Of a stretch of 64,000 nucleotides of DNA, positions 38,448 through 49,435 are shown one piece after another. The translations under genes and the position numbers were made by a program. The DNA is from Tahibacter harae. Lineage in GTDB: Bacteria; Pseudomonadota; Gammaproteobacteria; Xanthomonadales; Rhodanobacteraceae. The notes beneath the pieces were generated by a model, which ran no database searches, had not been told where the DNA came from, and saw nothing but the letters and a program-made list of their open reading frames with translations. Positions within the stretch are counted from its first letter, which is position 1; each line of letters starts with the position of its first letter. The stretch spans positions 1 to 64,000 of the forward strand of contig NZ_JANFQO010000014.1 in assembly GCF_024437735.1 (NCBI RefSeq). Direction: 5' to 3'.

Positions 38448-39200
38448 TCAGAATCGCAGCCGCGTGAGTTCCTTGGTCACGGTCTGTCCGTCGATGGAAT
38501 AGGTCAGCCTGGCGATGTCTTCCTGGCCGGGGATCATGCCGAAATCCAGGCGCACATTGCCCACGGCGCGGTACTGGGTGCCGTCGGCGGGATACGTCGC
38601 CGCCATCCACGGCGGACCGTCGCTGCGGATGACCTGGCCGTCCCACTGGCTGGTCGAGGTCCAGCCGCCCGACTGCAGCGAATACCACTGCGGTTCACGC
38701 TGGGCGTCGTAGATGAACAGCGCGCCGAACAGCGCGCCCAGCGTGCCCTGGTGCACCGACAGGCCCCAGCCGGGCTCGTCGGCGACGCCCCACAGGCCGC
38801 TGTAATCGGCGATGGGAAGAATGGTGCCCTGCACCATGGTGACCGACGCGACGGAATTCACCACGAACTTGACCCGGGCGGCGGCTTCGCGCGAATCGCC
38901 GTCGAAAAACAGCGCCTCGTAGCTGCCGGCGGGGAAGGCGCCGAGCTGGATGTCGACCACCTTGGGGAAGCCCGGCACCAGGCACTGGCGCGGACGGTGG
39001 CGGACGATCAGGGTCTTCTCGGCGTTCATTTCCACCGAGACGGTGTCCTCGGCGAACTGGCAGCTGTCGGCGGTCAGGCGCAGGTGCACGCGCTCGAACT
39101 GCATCGGATATTTCGGCACCACGCCCGCCTGGGCGAAGGCCGCCATGGGCAGGAAGGCCGTTGCGGCGGCCAGCAGGCAGGTCAATCGGTTCATGCTCAT
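38448..39200 (-). CDS. Secreted protein of unknown function, tandem paralog A (250 aa)
   Basis: AGGAG then ATGAGCATG at 39200. Signal peptide MSMNRLTCLLAAATAFLPMAAFAQA. Roughly 75-80% identical over the full length to paralog B. Confidence 0.7.
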   Translation of the reverse strand: MSMNRLTCLLAAATAFLPMAAFAQAGVVPKYPMQFERVHLRLTADSCQFAEDTVSVEMNAEKTLIVRHRPRQCLVPGFPKVVDIQLGAFPAGSYEALFFDGDSREAAARVKFVVNSVASVTMVQGTILPIADYSGLWGVADEPGWGLSVHQGTLGALFGALFIYDAQREPQWYSLQSGGWTSTSQWDGQVIRSDGPPWMAATYPADGTQYRAVGNVRLDFGMIPGQEDIARLTYSIDGQTVTKELTRLRF

Positions 39201-39460
39201 AGGAAAACTCCTGGCTGTGCGTCCTCCGGAAGCCGGATCAGCCTACGGCGCGCGGCGTTGCCGTCCTGTGTACAAAGCCGCGTTTTCCGGGATATCGGAC
39301 TTAACGAACCCCCATACTTCACTGCCCGGGCCGCCCGGCGGAGCCGATCGCCCCGCCGGGCGGCCCGGACCCGACAACCGCGGTGTCTGCGCGAGTGCCG
39401 GCCGGAAAGCCGCCGGCACCGCAGATCACACGACGGATGTGCCTGGTCCTGACGGCGGCT

Positions 39461-40213
39461 TCAGAACCGCAGACGCGCGATTTCCTTGGTCGCCGTCTGT
39501 CCGTCGATCGTATAGCTCAGCCTGGCGAGGTCTTCGCGGCCGGGCACCATGCTGAAATCCATGCTCACCTGGCCTACGGCGTGGTGGGCGGCTCCGGTGA
39601 GCGGGTAGATCGCCGCCGTCCACGGCGGGCCGTCGCTGCGGATGACCTGGCCTTCCCAGCGGGTCGGCGACGCCCAGCCGCCCGACTGCAGCGAATACCA
39701 CTGCGGCTGGCGCTGCGCATCGTAGACAAACAGGGCGCCGAACAACGAACCAACCACGCCCTGGTGCAAGGACAGGCCCCAGCCCGGTTCGCTGGCGACG
39801 CCCCACAGGCCGCTGTAGTCCGCGATGGGCAGTTGCACGCCGGGCACCATCGCGACCGAGGCGATGGAATCCACGGTGAACCTCACCCGTTCGGCGGCCT
39901 GGTAGGTGTCGCCGTCGACGAATACGGCCTCGTAGTTGCCGGCGGGAAAGGCGCCGAGCTGGATATCGACCACTTTGGGAAAACCCGGCACCAGACACTG
40001 GCGCGGCAGGTGCCGCACGATCACGGCCTTGTCTGCCGCCATCTCCACCGCCACCGTATCCTCGGCGAAGCGGCAGCTGTCGGTAGTCAGGCGCAGGTGC
40101 ACGCGCTCGAACTGCACCGGGTGCGCGGGCACCACCTCCATCTGGGCAGTGGCGGCCAGCGGCAGGAAAGCCGCCGCGGCGGCCAGACGGAAAAACAATC
40201 GATCCACGTTCAT
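39461..40213 (-). CDS. Secreted protein of unknown function, tandem paralog B (250 aa)
   Basis: AGGAG then ATG at 40211-40213 ([24 protein letters not shown]...). The longer ORF-track start is rejected by analogy with paralog A and by RBS position. Confidence 0.7.
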   Translation of the reverse strand: MNVDRLFFRLAAAAAFLPLAATAQMEVVPAHPVQFERVHLRLTTDSCRFAEDTVAVEMAADKAVIVRHLPRQCLVPGFPKVVDIQLGAFPAGNYEAVFVDGDTYQAAERVRFTVDSIASVAMVPGVQLPIADYSGLWGVASEPGWGLSLHQGVVGSLFGALFVYDAQRQPQWYSLQSGGWASPTRWEGQVIRSDGPPWTAAIYPLTGAAHHAVGQVSMDFSMVPGREDLARLSYTIDGQTATKEIARLRF

Positions 40214-40513
40214 GTTGTGAAGCTCCTGGTTGTGCATCGTCCCCAAGGCCTGGGACGCATCCGCAGCGCGCAGCGTCGCAGTCCTGCGCCAGGGCTTTCC
40301 CCGTACCGTCGCTCCGCCGGCTGCCCCGGCATCACGGCCGGGCCCGCCAGCCCGACATATCGCTCCATCCGGAATCAGCGATATAATCCGCGCCCTCCTC
40401 GCCGCCGAGGGGCGCTGCAAGTCCGGTCGCGGGTCCACGCGAACACGGAATCAGGCTCGGCGGAATCGGGTTCCATTCCGACACCGCGCCCGCCCAAAGC
40501 ACTGGAGTTCACC

Positions 40514-41941
<1,428 letters not shown>

Positions 41942-41990
41942 TGTACCGACGTTGACGCTGCGGCATCTGCCGCAGCGGATGCGGACCAGG

Positions 41991-42019
41991 GCCGGCGAGC
42001 GATCGCCGGCCTTTTTCAT
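41991..42019 (+). terminator. Rho-independent terminator after ahcY
   Basis: GCCGGCGA gcga TCGCCGGC followed by CTTTTTCATTT. Confidence 0.6.
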
Positions 42020-42128
42020 TTCCGCCGCAGCCGGCCCGGAAAGCCGGCGCGTGCGTAACGCCGCGCGTGCTGCGGGAGTCCGCGGCGGCGCAGTGCGGCC
42101 GGCAGCTCCGCCGCAGCGGCGACGCGCC

Positions 42129-43259
42129 TCAGCGCGCGATACGGCACACCCGGTTGCGCCCTTCTTCCTTGGCACGGTAGAGCGAGCGGTCCACATCGGC
42201 GATGAAGTCGTCGGGACGCCGGTGGCGCTGCGGACGCAGCTGGCCCACGCCGATGCTGACGGTGACCGCGCCCCGCGGCGAGCCGGGTTCCAGCGGCGCG
42301 CGCGCCAGACGCTGGCACAGGGCGATGGCGCTGGCTTCGGCGGCGTCTTCGCCGACGCCGAGCAGCACGCCGAATTCCTCGCCGCCAAGACGGGCCAGGC
42401 GCGCGCCGGGCTGGCTGAAATGGCCGCGCAGCAGGTCGGCGAAGGCGATCAGCACGGCGTCGCCGGCGGCGTGGCCGTGGCGGTCGTTGATGCGCTTGAA
42501 GTGGTCTATGTCGATCATCAGCAGGCACACCGGCTGGCCGGCGCCGAAGGCGCGTTCCAGGTTGAAGGCGAATTCGCGCCGGTTGTCCAGGCCGGTCAGC
42601 GCATCGGTGCGGCTTTGCTGTTCGTACAGGTCGCGCTGGCGCAGCAGCGCGGCTTCCAGCGCGAGCTGGCGTTCGTACTGGTCGCGGCTCAGGCGCAGCG
42701 CGGACAGCAGATAGATCAGGAACACGCTCAGCGCGATGGCCACCCCGCGCAGGTCTTCCGACCACCAGGCCAGCAGCATGCCGGGCAGGTAGAGCAAGGC
42801 GATACCGAGCAGGGCGGCCTGCCAGCGCATGGGGAAGTTGTGCGCATAGGCCGTGGCATAGGCCACCGAGCAGATCAGCACCACCAGGCGCGCATTGCCC
42901 AGCTGCGCATCGCCGAGCACCCAGACGGTGACCCCGCCCCACAGCAGTGCGGTGAGCAGGAACAGACTCCACCAGGTCGCCAGCAGCGCCTCGCCCAGCC
43001 GCGCCGCCAGCGCCGGCCGTGCCAGCAGCACGCGCGCAGCGGCGAGCAGGCCGAAGGCCAGCAGCAGCGCGACCGAGAGCAGCGGCCGGCGCGCGAATTC
43101 GCCGCCGACACCGCCGGCCAGGGCCCAGCCCAGCATGTAGAAAACACCGCCCAGCACGCCGCGCGCGGCGGTTTCGCCCAGCTCGCGCGAACGGCGGAAG
43201 CCGGCCGCCACGGGGGCGGCCAGTACCGGCTCCGGCGCGGGAATGCGGGCGCGCGTCAT
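42129..43259 (-). CDS. Membrane-anchored GGDEF-domain diguanylate cyclase
   Basis: Internal ATG at 43257-43259 (MTRARIPAPEP...). About 6-7 TM helices. GGDEF domain with an RxxD I-site-like motif, the GGEEF active site (LGGEEFGVLL) and DRSLYRAKEEGRNRV. Confidence 0.85.
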   Translation of the reverse strand: MTRARIPAPEPVLAAPVAAGFRRSRELGETAARGVLGGVFYMLGWALAGGVGGEFARRPLLSVALLLAFGLLAAARVLLARPALAARLGEALLATWWSLFLLTALLWGGVTVWVLGDAQLGNARLVVLICSVAYATAYAHNFPMRWQAALLGIALLYLPGMLLAWWSEDLRGVAIALSVFLIYLLSALRLSRDQYERQLALEAALLRQRDLYEQQSRTDALTGLDNRREFAFNLERAFGAGQPVCLLMIDIDHFKRINDRHGHAAGDAVLIAFADLLRGHFSQPGARLARLGGEEFGVLLGVGEDAAEASAIALCQRLARAPLEPGSPRGAVTVSIGVGQLRPQRHRRPDDFIADVDRSLYRAKEEGRNRVCRIAR

Positions 43260-43331
43260 GCGCAGGCGTGTGGGCCTGGCGACGGTTCCGCGGCTTGCTT
43301 TTCCCGCGTCCGGCCGTGGACAGTGCGCTGC

Positions 43332-43991
43332 ATGAACTCCCTCCCCCGCATCAAGATCTGCTGCATCCGCGACCCGGCCGAGGCCAGACTCGCCATCCAG
43401 TGCGGCGCCGCCGCCCTGGGCCTGGTCTCGGCCATGCCCAGCGGCCCGGGGCCGATAGGCGAAGACGAGATCGCCGCCATCGCCGCGCAGGTGCCGCCGC
43501 CGGTCGCGAGTTTCCTGCTTACCTCGCTGACCGACGCTGGGGCCATCATCGCGCAGCAGCGCCGCTGCCGTTGCAACACCTTGCAACTGGTCGACGCCGT
43601 GCCCGCCGGCATCCATGCGCAGCTGCGCGCAGCCTTGCCCGGCATCGCCCTGGTGCAGGTCATACACGTTCTGGACCAAGGCTCGGTGGACGAGGCGGAA
43701 GCGCTGGCGCCGCACGTCGATGCGCTGCTGCTGGACTCGGGCAATCCGCGCCTGGCGGTCAAGCAGCTGGGCGGCACCGGCCGGGTGCACGACTGGCGCC
43801 TGAGCCGGCAGATCGTCGAACGCTGCAGCCGCCCGGTGTTCCTGGCCGGCGGCCTGCGCCCGGACAACGTGGCCGAGGCGATACGCCAGGTGCGCCCCTT
43901 CGGCCTGGACCTGTGCACCGGCGTGCGCACCGACGGCCGCCTGGATGCCGCCAAGCTGGCGGCTTTCCAGCGCGCGGTTGCGGCGGCCTGA
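43332..43991 (+). CDS. trpF: Phosphoribosylanthranilate isomerase
   Basis: ATG at 43332 (MNSLPRIKICCIRDPAEARLAIQCGAAALGLV...). TIM-barrel PRAI motifs (IKICGI-like, LDSG, FLAGGL) over 219 aa. Confidence 0.85.
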   Translation: MNSLPRIKICCIRDPAEARLAIQCGAAALGLVSAMPSGPGPIGEDEIAAIAAQVPPPVASFLLTSLTDAGAIIAQQRRCRCNTLQLVDAVPAGIHAQLRAALPGIALVQVIHVLDQGSVDEAEALAPHVDALLLDSGNPRLAVKQLGGTGRVHDWRLSRQIVERCSRPVFLAGGLRPDNVAEAIRQVRPFGLDLCTGVRTDGRLDAAKLAAFQRAVAAA

Positions 43992-44101
43992 GCGGCGCGG
44001 CAAATCATCTATCTCTGTATCCGGAAATAGAGATATATTGCGCATCCGCGCGCCCCGGCAGAGCCGGCCGCGTCATGCCGCAACCGCCAGGAATGCCCGC
44101 A

Positions 44102-44956
44102 ATGTCCGCGAACACCCCGCCCCGCCTGTCCGTGCCCGTCTCGCTGGAATTCTTTCCGCCCAAGACCGACGAGCAGCGCGACACGCTGGAAAAGGCCCTG
44201 CCCACGCTCAAGGCGCTGCAGCCGGATTATGTCTCCGTGACCTTCGGCGCCGGCGGCTCCACCCTGAGCTATACGCCGGACACGGTCTGCCACCTGCGCG
44301 AGCAGCACGGCCTGGACGCCGCGCCGCACCTGTCCTGCATGGGCGGCACGCGGGCGGAAATCCGCAGCCTGCTGCAGCTCTACCGCGACAAGGGCTGCCG
44401 CCGCATCGTCGCGCTGCGCGGCGACCTGCCCTCGGGCATGGCCAGCTATGGCGACTTCCGCTACGCCAGCGACCTGGTCGGCTTCATCCGCGCCGAGACC
44501 GGCGATTACTTCCACGTCGAAGTGGCCGGCTATCCGGAAATCCATCCGCAGTCCGACGACGCCCAGGCCGACCTGGCCAATTTCAAGCGCAAGGTCGATG
44601 CCGGCGCAGACGGCGTGATCACCCAGTATTTCTACAATCCGGATGCGTATTTCCGCTTCGTCGACGACGCCCGCCGCCTCGGCGTGCAGGTGCCTATCGT
44701 GCCGGGCATCATGCCGATCACGAACTACTCGCAGCTGCGCCGCTTCTCCGAACTGTGCGGCGCGGAAATTCCGCGCTGGGTCGCGCGCCGGCTGCAGTCC
44801 TTCGGCGACGACGCCGAGGCGATCCGCGAGTTCGGCATCGACGTGGTCAGCGGCCTCTGCCGTCGCCTGATCGAAGGCGGCGCGCCGGCGCTGCATTTCT
44901 ATACCCTCAACCGCGCCCGCGCCACGGTCGCCATCGTGGAGCGCCTGCGCGGGTGA
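44102..44956 (+). CDS. metF: 5,10-methylenetetrahydrofolate reductase
   Basis: AGGAA then ATG at 44102; an in-frame ATG 9 nt upstream has no RBS. Matches E. coli MetF along its length (SLEFFPPKT, VTFGAGGST, HLSCMGGT, VALRGDLP, AGYPEIHPQ, LHFYTLNRA). Confidence 0.9.
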   Translation: MSANTPPRLSVPVSLEFFPPKTDEQRDTLEKALPTLKALQPDYVSVTFGAGGSTLSYTPDTVCHLREQHGLDAAPHLSCMGGTRAEIRSLLQLYRDKGCRRIVALRGDLPSGMASYGDFRYASDLVGFIRAETGDYFHVEVAGYPEIHPQSDDAQADLANFKRKVDAGADGVITQYFYNPDAYFRFVDDARRLGVQVPIVPGIMPITNYSQLRRFSELCGAEIPRWVARRLQSFGDDAEAIREFGIDVVSGLCRRLIEGGAPALHFYTLNRARATVAIVERLRG

Positions 44957-45009
44957 GCCGCGGCGCACTGCTTTTACGAGTTGAGTGACGACACCCGCAG
45001 GACTGCTTC

Positions 45010-45039
45010 GCCTCGCGCCACCCACGCGAGGCTTTTTTA
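45010..45039 (+). terminator. Rho-independent terminator after metF
   Basis: GCCTCGCG ccaccca CGCGAGGC followed by TTTTTTAT. Confidence 0.7.
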
Positions 45040-45324
45040 TGCCCGCGGAAATCCCGTGTGCGGCAATCCCGCACAATGGCGCGATGCAGCAAAGTGGCCA
45101 TTTGCCAAAGCGCATCCGACGCAAGTCACAGAATGCGCCGCGCCTGGGTGTATTCCCGCTTGACCTGAAGACGCAGCCTGTACAGAGTCGATCTCCGGCG
45201 CGGGCGGTAGATTCGGTCCCCGCGCCCCAGTCACATCTCTGGCAGGTTCGCCGCCGCGATCCGGCAGCGACCAGGGCCCTGCCGCTGCCGAATCTGCATT
45301 TCCATGCACTAGCGGAGAATCCCG

Positions 45325-46572
45325 ATGAAACTGCATCTGCTTTCGCGTGCCTGCCTGGTTGCCGCCGCCGGCTTCGCCGCGCCGGCCTTCGCCGCCGAAC
45401 CCGTCCTGTTCAGCGCCGCGCCGCTGACCCCGCTCGTCAGCGACGCCGCCTTCGCCGCGCTGGCCGCTGAGCCGACCACGCGCAGCGCCGACATCGTCCT
45501 GGCCGATGCGGCCGCGATCGATCTCAAGACCACGCGCTTCAAGCTCGACCTCGACATCGGCGGCCCGGTGCGGCTGACCGCCGATGCGCTCAAGGTGCAC
45601 CAGACCGAAGACGGCCTCATCGTCTGGCAGGGCACGCTGATGGAGACGCGCAGCACCCAGGCCAAGATCGAGAGCGATATCGCCGACGATCCCATGAATT
45701 CCGTGGTGCTGGTGCGCAACGGCGACAAGCTCACCGGCAATGTGCGCGTGTTCGGCCAGCTCTACGCCATACGCCCGCTGTTCGACGGCCGCCACGCCGT
45801 AGTCGAAGTGGACGAATCGCGCATGCCGCCCGACCACGACGAAGTCGCCTACCGGCAGATGTTCGCGGAAATGGCCCGCAGCCGCACGCAGACCAGGCCA
45901 GTCACCAGCGAAGCCAAGGCACAGACCACGATCCGCGCACTGGTCAACTACACCACCGCCGCGCGCAACGCCAGCGCCGATATCGTCGGCCTGATCAACC
46001 TCGCGGTCAGCGAATCCAATATCGGCTATGCCAACAGCGGCGTGGAAATCACGCTGCAGTTGGCCGGCACCGGCCTGGTCAGCTACACCGAGAGCAGCAA
46101 CTTCAGCACCAACCTGTCGCGCTACCGCAGCACCAACGACGGCTATATGGATGCCATCCATACCCAGCGCAACAACGTCAGCGCCGACGTGGCCGTGCTC
46201 ATCACCAACGGCACCGCGGCCTGCGGCATCGGCTACATGAACTCCAACGCCGCCTCGGCTTTCACCGTGGTCGCGCGCAGCTGCGCGACGGGCTATTACT
46301 CCTTCGCCCACGAGATAGGCCACAACCTCGGCGCCAACCACGATCCGGCCAATGCCAGCGGCTCGCCCTATGCCTACGGCCACGGCTACCAGCGTCCGCA
46401 GAACGGCTGGCGCACCATCATGGCCTATGACTGCACCAACGGCTGCACGCGCCTGAACTACTGGTCGAATCCGAACAAGACCTATAACGGCGTGGCCATG
46501 GGCACGGCGGCACAAAGCAACAATGCGCGCGTGCTGAACGAGCGCAAGGCGACGGTCGCGGCGTTCCGCTGA
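45325..46572 (+). CDS. Secreted zinc metalloprotease (metzincin; reprolysin/M72 peptidyl-Asp metalloendopeptidase-like)
   Basis: GGAG then ATG at 45325. Signal peptide MKLHLLSRACLVAAAGFAAPAFA. Extended zinc motif HEIGHNLGANHD (HExxHxxGxxH). Multiple Cys residues in the catalytic domain. Confidence 0.8.
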   Translation: MKLHLLSRACLVAAAGFAAPAFAAEPVLFSAAPLTPLVSDAAFAALAAEPTTRSADIVLADAAAIDLKTTRFKLDLDIGGPVRLTADALKVHQTEDGLIVWQGTLMETRSTQAKIESDIADDPMNSVVLVRNGDKLTGNVRVFGQLYAIRPLFDGRHAVVEVDESRMPPDHDEVAYRQMFAEMARSRTQTRPVTSEAKAQTTIRALVNYTTAARNASADIVGLINLAVSESNIGYANSGVEITLQLAGTGLVSYTESSNFSTNLSRYRSTNDGYMDAIHTQRNNVSADVAVLITNGTAACGIGYMNSNAASAFTVVARSCATGYYSFAHEIGHNLGANHDPANASGSPYAYGHGYQRPQNGWRTIMAYDCTNGCTRLNYWSNPNKTYNGVAMGTAAQSNNARVLNERKATVAAFR

Positions 46573-46676
46573 TCCGTCTCGCGGTCCGGCGGCGCAATGC
46601 CGCCGGACCGCGTGTGCTTGCCCGCCCTTGGCGCCAGCCGCTACCCTGCGCCACCGCCATACGGGGAGACGGGGAT

Positions 46677-46970
46677 ATGCTGGATCAGCTCAAGCTTGAG
46701 GATTTCCAACCGCTGGTCGGCCATAGCCTGAACCTGGGCGACGGCACCAGCGCCGTCGCGCTGGAGCTGACCGAAGCGCGCGCATTGAAAAGCCCCAGTC
46801 CGCGCAGCGCGCCCTCGTTCGCGCTGATCCTGCGCCAGAACGGCGCGCAGCAGTCCTTCGGTCAGGGCCTGTACCGGCTGGAGCACCCCAGCCTGGGCCC
46901 TCTGGATCTGTTCGTGGTGCCGATAGGCCCGGACGGCGCCGGCATGTGCTACGAGATCACGTTCAACTGA
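46677..46970 (+). CDS. Small hypothetical protein (97 aa)
   Basis: GGGGAGA RBS then ATG at 46677 (MLDQLKLEDFQPLVGHSLNLGDGTSAVALELTEA...). Vaguely resembles a small DUF family but is not placed with confidence. Confidence 0.4.
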   Translation: MLDQLKLEDFQPLVGHSLNLGDGTSAVALELTEARALKSPSPRSAPSFALILRQNGAQQSFGQGLYRLEHPSLGPLDLFVVPIGPDGAGMCYEITFN

Positions 46971-47013
46971 AGGCCGGTGCCGGCCTGGACCGGCGCCCGG
47001 CCGAAGCCGCCGT

Positions 47014-47526
47014 TCAGGCCGGCGGCGTCCAGCCCAGGAACAGGTAGACGCCGCGCTCCTCGATCAGGCGGAAACCCAGGCGGTCGTACAGGCGCAGCGC
47101 CGGGTTGTTGGTTTCCACATGCAGGGTGATCTCGCGCCCGTCCTCGCGCGCAATCTGCATCAGGCCCTGCACCAGCGCCGCGCCCAGGCCCTGGCCGCGG
47201 CGCGCATCGACCAGCGCAATATCCATCAGGCGGATTTCGCGCTCGCTCGGGTACAGGTAGATGCGGCCTATGCGCTCGCCATCCGCCTCGACCACGAGGA
47301 ATTCCGCACCCTGGTAGTTTTTGCGGTAGTGATCGCGCTGCAGCTGGAACTGCTCGGCGAGAAAGGCCAGCTTGGCCTCGTCCGGCCAGGGCACGTGGGC
47401 CAGTTCCTCGCGCCGCGTGGCGGCGTAGAGCGCGCACAGGAAGGCCGTATCGGCGTCGGCCTCCCCGCGCAGCCCGAACTGCGGACACTGTTGCAGCAGG
47501 CGCTGCGCAAGGCTGGCGCCGCTCAA
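47014..47526 (-). CDS. GNAT family N-acetyltransferase
   Basis: Acetyl-CoA-binding motif RRGQGLGAALV and YDRLGF. Probable TTG start at 47524-47526 overlapping the upstream stop (TTGA). Confidence 0.75.
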   Translation of the reverse strand: MSGASLAQRLLQQCPQFGLRGEADADTAFLCALYAATRREELAHVPWPDEAKLAFLAEQFQLQRDHYRKNYQGAEFLVVEADGERIGRIYLYPSEREIRLMDIALVDARRGQGLGAALVQGLMQIAREDGREITLHVETNNPALRLYDRLGFRLIEERGVYLFLGWTPPA

Positions 47527-48161
47527 GCGGGATCCACGGCGAAGACGATGTAATCGGCCGTCACGGGCTTGCGGTCGCGCCGCGCCAGCGGCTTGAGCCA
47601 GCTGCCGGAGAAGCGGTACTCGGCCAGGTTGAAGCGGCCCATGCTCAGCGGCCGGTGCAGCAGGATGTAGTGGCCCGGCACCAGGCGGCCGTCACGCGCG
47701 TCGCCGATCAGGTTGACGCTGGGCGCGGTCTTGCTGCGCAGCTTGCCGCCCTGCGGCGAAACCACGAAGCCGGCGAACGAGGATGCCTGGGCAAGGAAGG
47801 AAATCGGCCGGCTGCCGCTGTCGCGGCCGGCGGCGGCGGCGCTGTAGACCAGGGCCAGGTTCACCTCGCGCCCTTCGCCGAAAAAGGCCGATTCGATGTC
47901 GATGGCGCCCAGGGTGTTGCCGGTCGAGCGCACTACGCCAAGCAGGTTGATGCGGGCTTCGCCCAGGCTGGCTTCGAGCTGGGGCCAGGCCTGCTGCAGG
48001 TCGCCGGTAAGATCGGTTTCCCCGCCGCTGCCGGCCACGCGCAGCAGGATGAAGCTGGCAGCGGCGGCATCGGTGGCCGCTGCGGCAAGCGGGCTGTAGC
48101 CCGCGGCCAGCCCAAGACCCAGCAGCGCCACCGGCGCGCCGAGAAATTCACGACGTTTCAT
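47523..48161 (-). CDS. Tat-secreted hypothetical protein
   Basis: N-terminal twin-arginine signal MKRREFLGAPVALLGLGLAAG. Coordinates taken from the ORF track. My reading of the printed sequence near 48160-48171 is off by one nucleotide in a C-run, so ±1 nt uncertainty applies locally. Confidence 0.6.
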   Translation of the reverse strand: MKRREFLGAPVALLGLGLAAGYSPLAAAATDAAAASFILLRVAGSGGETDLTGDLQQAWPQLEASLGEARINLLGVVRSTGNTLGAIDIESAFFGEGREVNLALVYSAAAAGRDSGSRPISFLAQASSFAGFVVSPQGGKLRSKTAPSVNLIGDARDGRLVPGHYILLHRPLSMGRFNLAEYRFSGSWLKPLARRDRKPVTADYIVFAVDPA

Positions 48162-48384
48162 GCGTATCCCCTGTAACGGCCGTCACCCCGGCCGTGTGAC
48201 GGACTGTAACGCCGCCCGCGCCCAGACCCGCAGCGGAAGCTCAGCCCCGCCGACGATTTTACGTGGTTTTACAAATGCGACGGCCCGCGATCTGTGCGGG
48301 CCGTCGGAAAAGTGCTACCGCTGCTCACTGTCCGGGCGGAAATCGGCCAGGAGCCGGTTCCGCCCGGGTATCAGCACCCGGGCA

Positions 48385-48909
48385 TCAAGGCCGCGCCGGG
48401 AACACGCCCTGCAGGGCGATGCAGAACATCAAGGTGAGGTACGGCTGCAGGTTGTTGTGCGGCTGGCTGCCGCCGTAGGGCGCCAGCGACTGGAACGCCA
48501 TGTTCGACGGTGCCGAGCTGTCCGGCGCGTAGATCGGACCGTTGTTCGACGTGGTGAGCGAACGCGTGTTCAGCGGCGCGTTCTGATCGCCGATGTCGGC
48601 GGCCACCTGCAGCAGATGGGTGTGCGACGGGATCTCGCTCTCAAGCAAGGTCACGTACGCCGAACCGCCGACCTGGCCGAGATCGTAGATCGTGCCGGTG
48701 GTCGACTGGCCCCAATGCATCGGCGTGTTGCCGGCCATGTTGGGCAGCGCGAAGTTGCTCTTGCCGTTGCCGCCGTAGGTGGTGCCGAGCAGCGAGAACA
48801 GCGCAGTGTTCTGCGACAGCGGCAACAGCTGCCCGTCGCACGTCGCCCAGCCGCGCGGCGCGAAGTTGAACCCGAAGATGCGAATTTCCGCAACGAATGG
48901 ATCTGCCAT
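48385..48909 (-). CDS. Phage-tail-collar domain protein (Mdp/microcystin-dependent-protein-like), paralog 3
   Basis: GAGGGGGG RBS then ATG at 48907-48909. Motifs FxxxFAPxGWxxCDGQLLPxxQNxALFSLLGTTYGG, NFALPNM and IPSHTH. Confidence 0.85.
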   Translation of the reverse strand: MADPFVAEIRIFGFNFAPRGWATCDGQLLPLSQNTALFSLLGTTYGGNGKSNFALPNMAGNTPMHWGQSTTGTIYDLGQVGGSAYVTLLESEIPSHTHLLQVAADIGDQNAPLNTRSLTTSNNGPIYAPDSSAPSNMAFQSLAPYGGSQPHNNLQPYLTLMFCIALQGVFPARP

Positions 48910-48921
48910 GACTCGCCCCCC

Positions 48922-49425
48922 TCAGGTCGGACTCGGAAAAATGCCAAACAGCGAAATGATGAAGCTCACGCACAGGTACGGCTGCATGTTCTCGTGCGGC
49001 TGGCTGCCGCCGACAGGTTGGATCGACTTGGACGAGATCGGGCCGGCCGGCGCTTCGGTCAGATAGGGCTGTACGGTCGGCGCCTGGGCCAGCAGGCCAT
49101 CCTTACCCTGCGGATTCTGCGCCTGCACCGTGGAGCAGACGACAGCGTGGTTGTGGACCGGTATCTGCTGCGTCGTCAGCGTGACGCTCTCGACGCCGCC
49201 GGACTCGGCGAGGATGAAGCTGTTGCCCTGGTGCAAGGGCACGCGACCTTGCAGGTTGGGCAGGGCGAAGGTCGATTCGCCGTCGCCGCCGTAGGTTGTT
49301 CCGATCAGCTGGAACAGGGTTTCGTTCTCGGAAATGGGCAGGATCTGGCCGTTGCAGAACATCCAGCCCGCGGGCGGGAAATTGCCGCCGAACATGCGGA
49401 TCTCGCCGACATAGGGTTGTGCCAT
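48922..49425 (-). CDS. Phage-tail-collar domain protein (Mdp-like), paralog 2
   Basis: GGAG then ATG at 49423-49425. MAQPYVGEIRMFGGNFPPAGWMFCNGQILPISENETLFQLIGTTYGGDGESTFALPNLQGRVP...IPVHNH. Confidence 0.85.
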   Translation of the reverse strand: MAQPYVGEIRMFGGNFPPAGWMFCNGQILPISENETLFQLIGTTYGGDGESTFALPNLQGRVPLHQGNSFILAESGGVESVTLTTQQIPVHNHAVVCSTVQAQNPQGKDGLLAQAPTVQPYLTEAPAGPISSKSIQPVGGSQPHENMQPYLCVSFIISLFGIFPSPT

Positions 49426-49435
49426 GGTCGTCTCC

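Noticed and set aside
44008-44037. AT-rich hairpin between trpF and metF as a functional riboswitch or attenuator
   Set aside because: Only a 7-bp stem with no recognisable conserved riboswitch core. Noted within a finding as a possible weak terminator or operator only.
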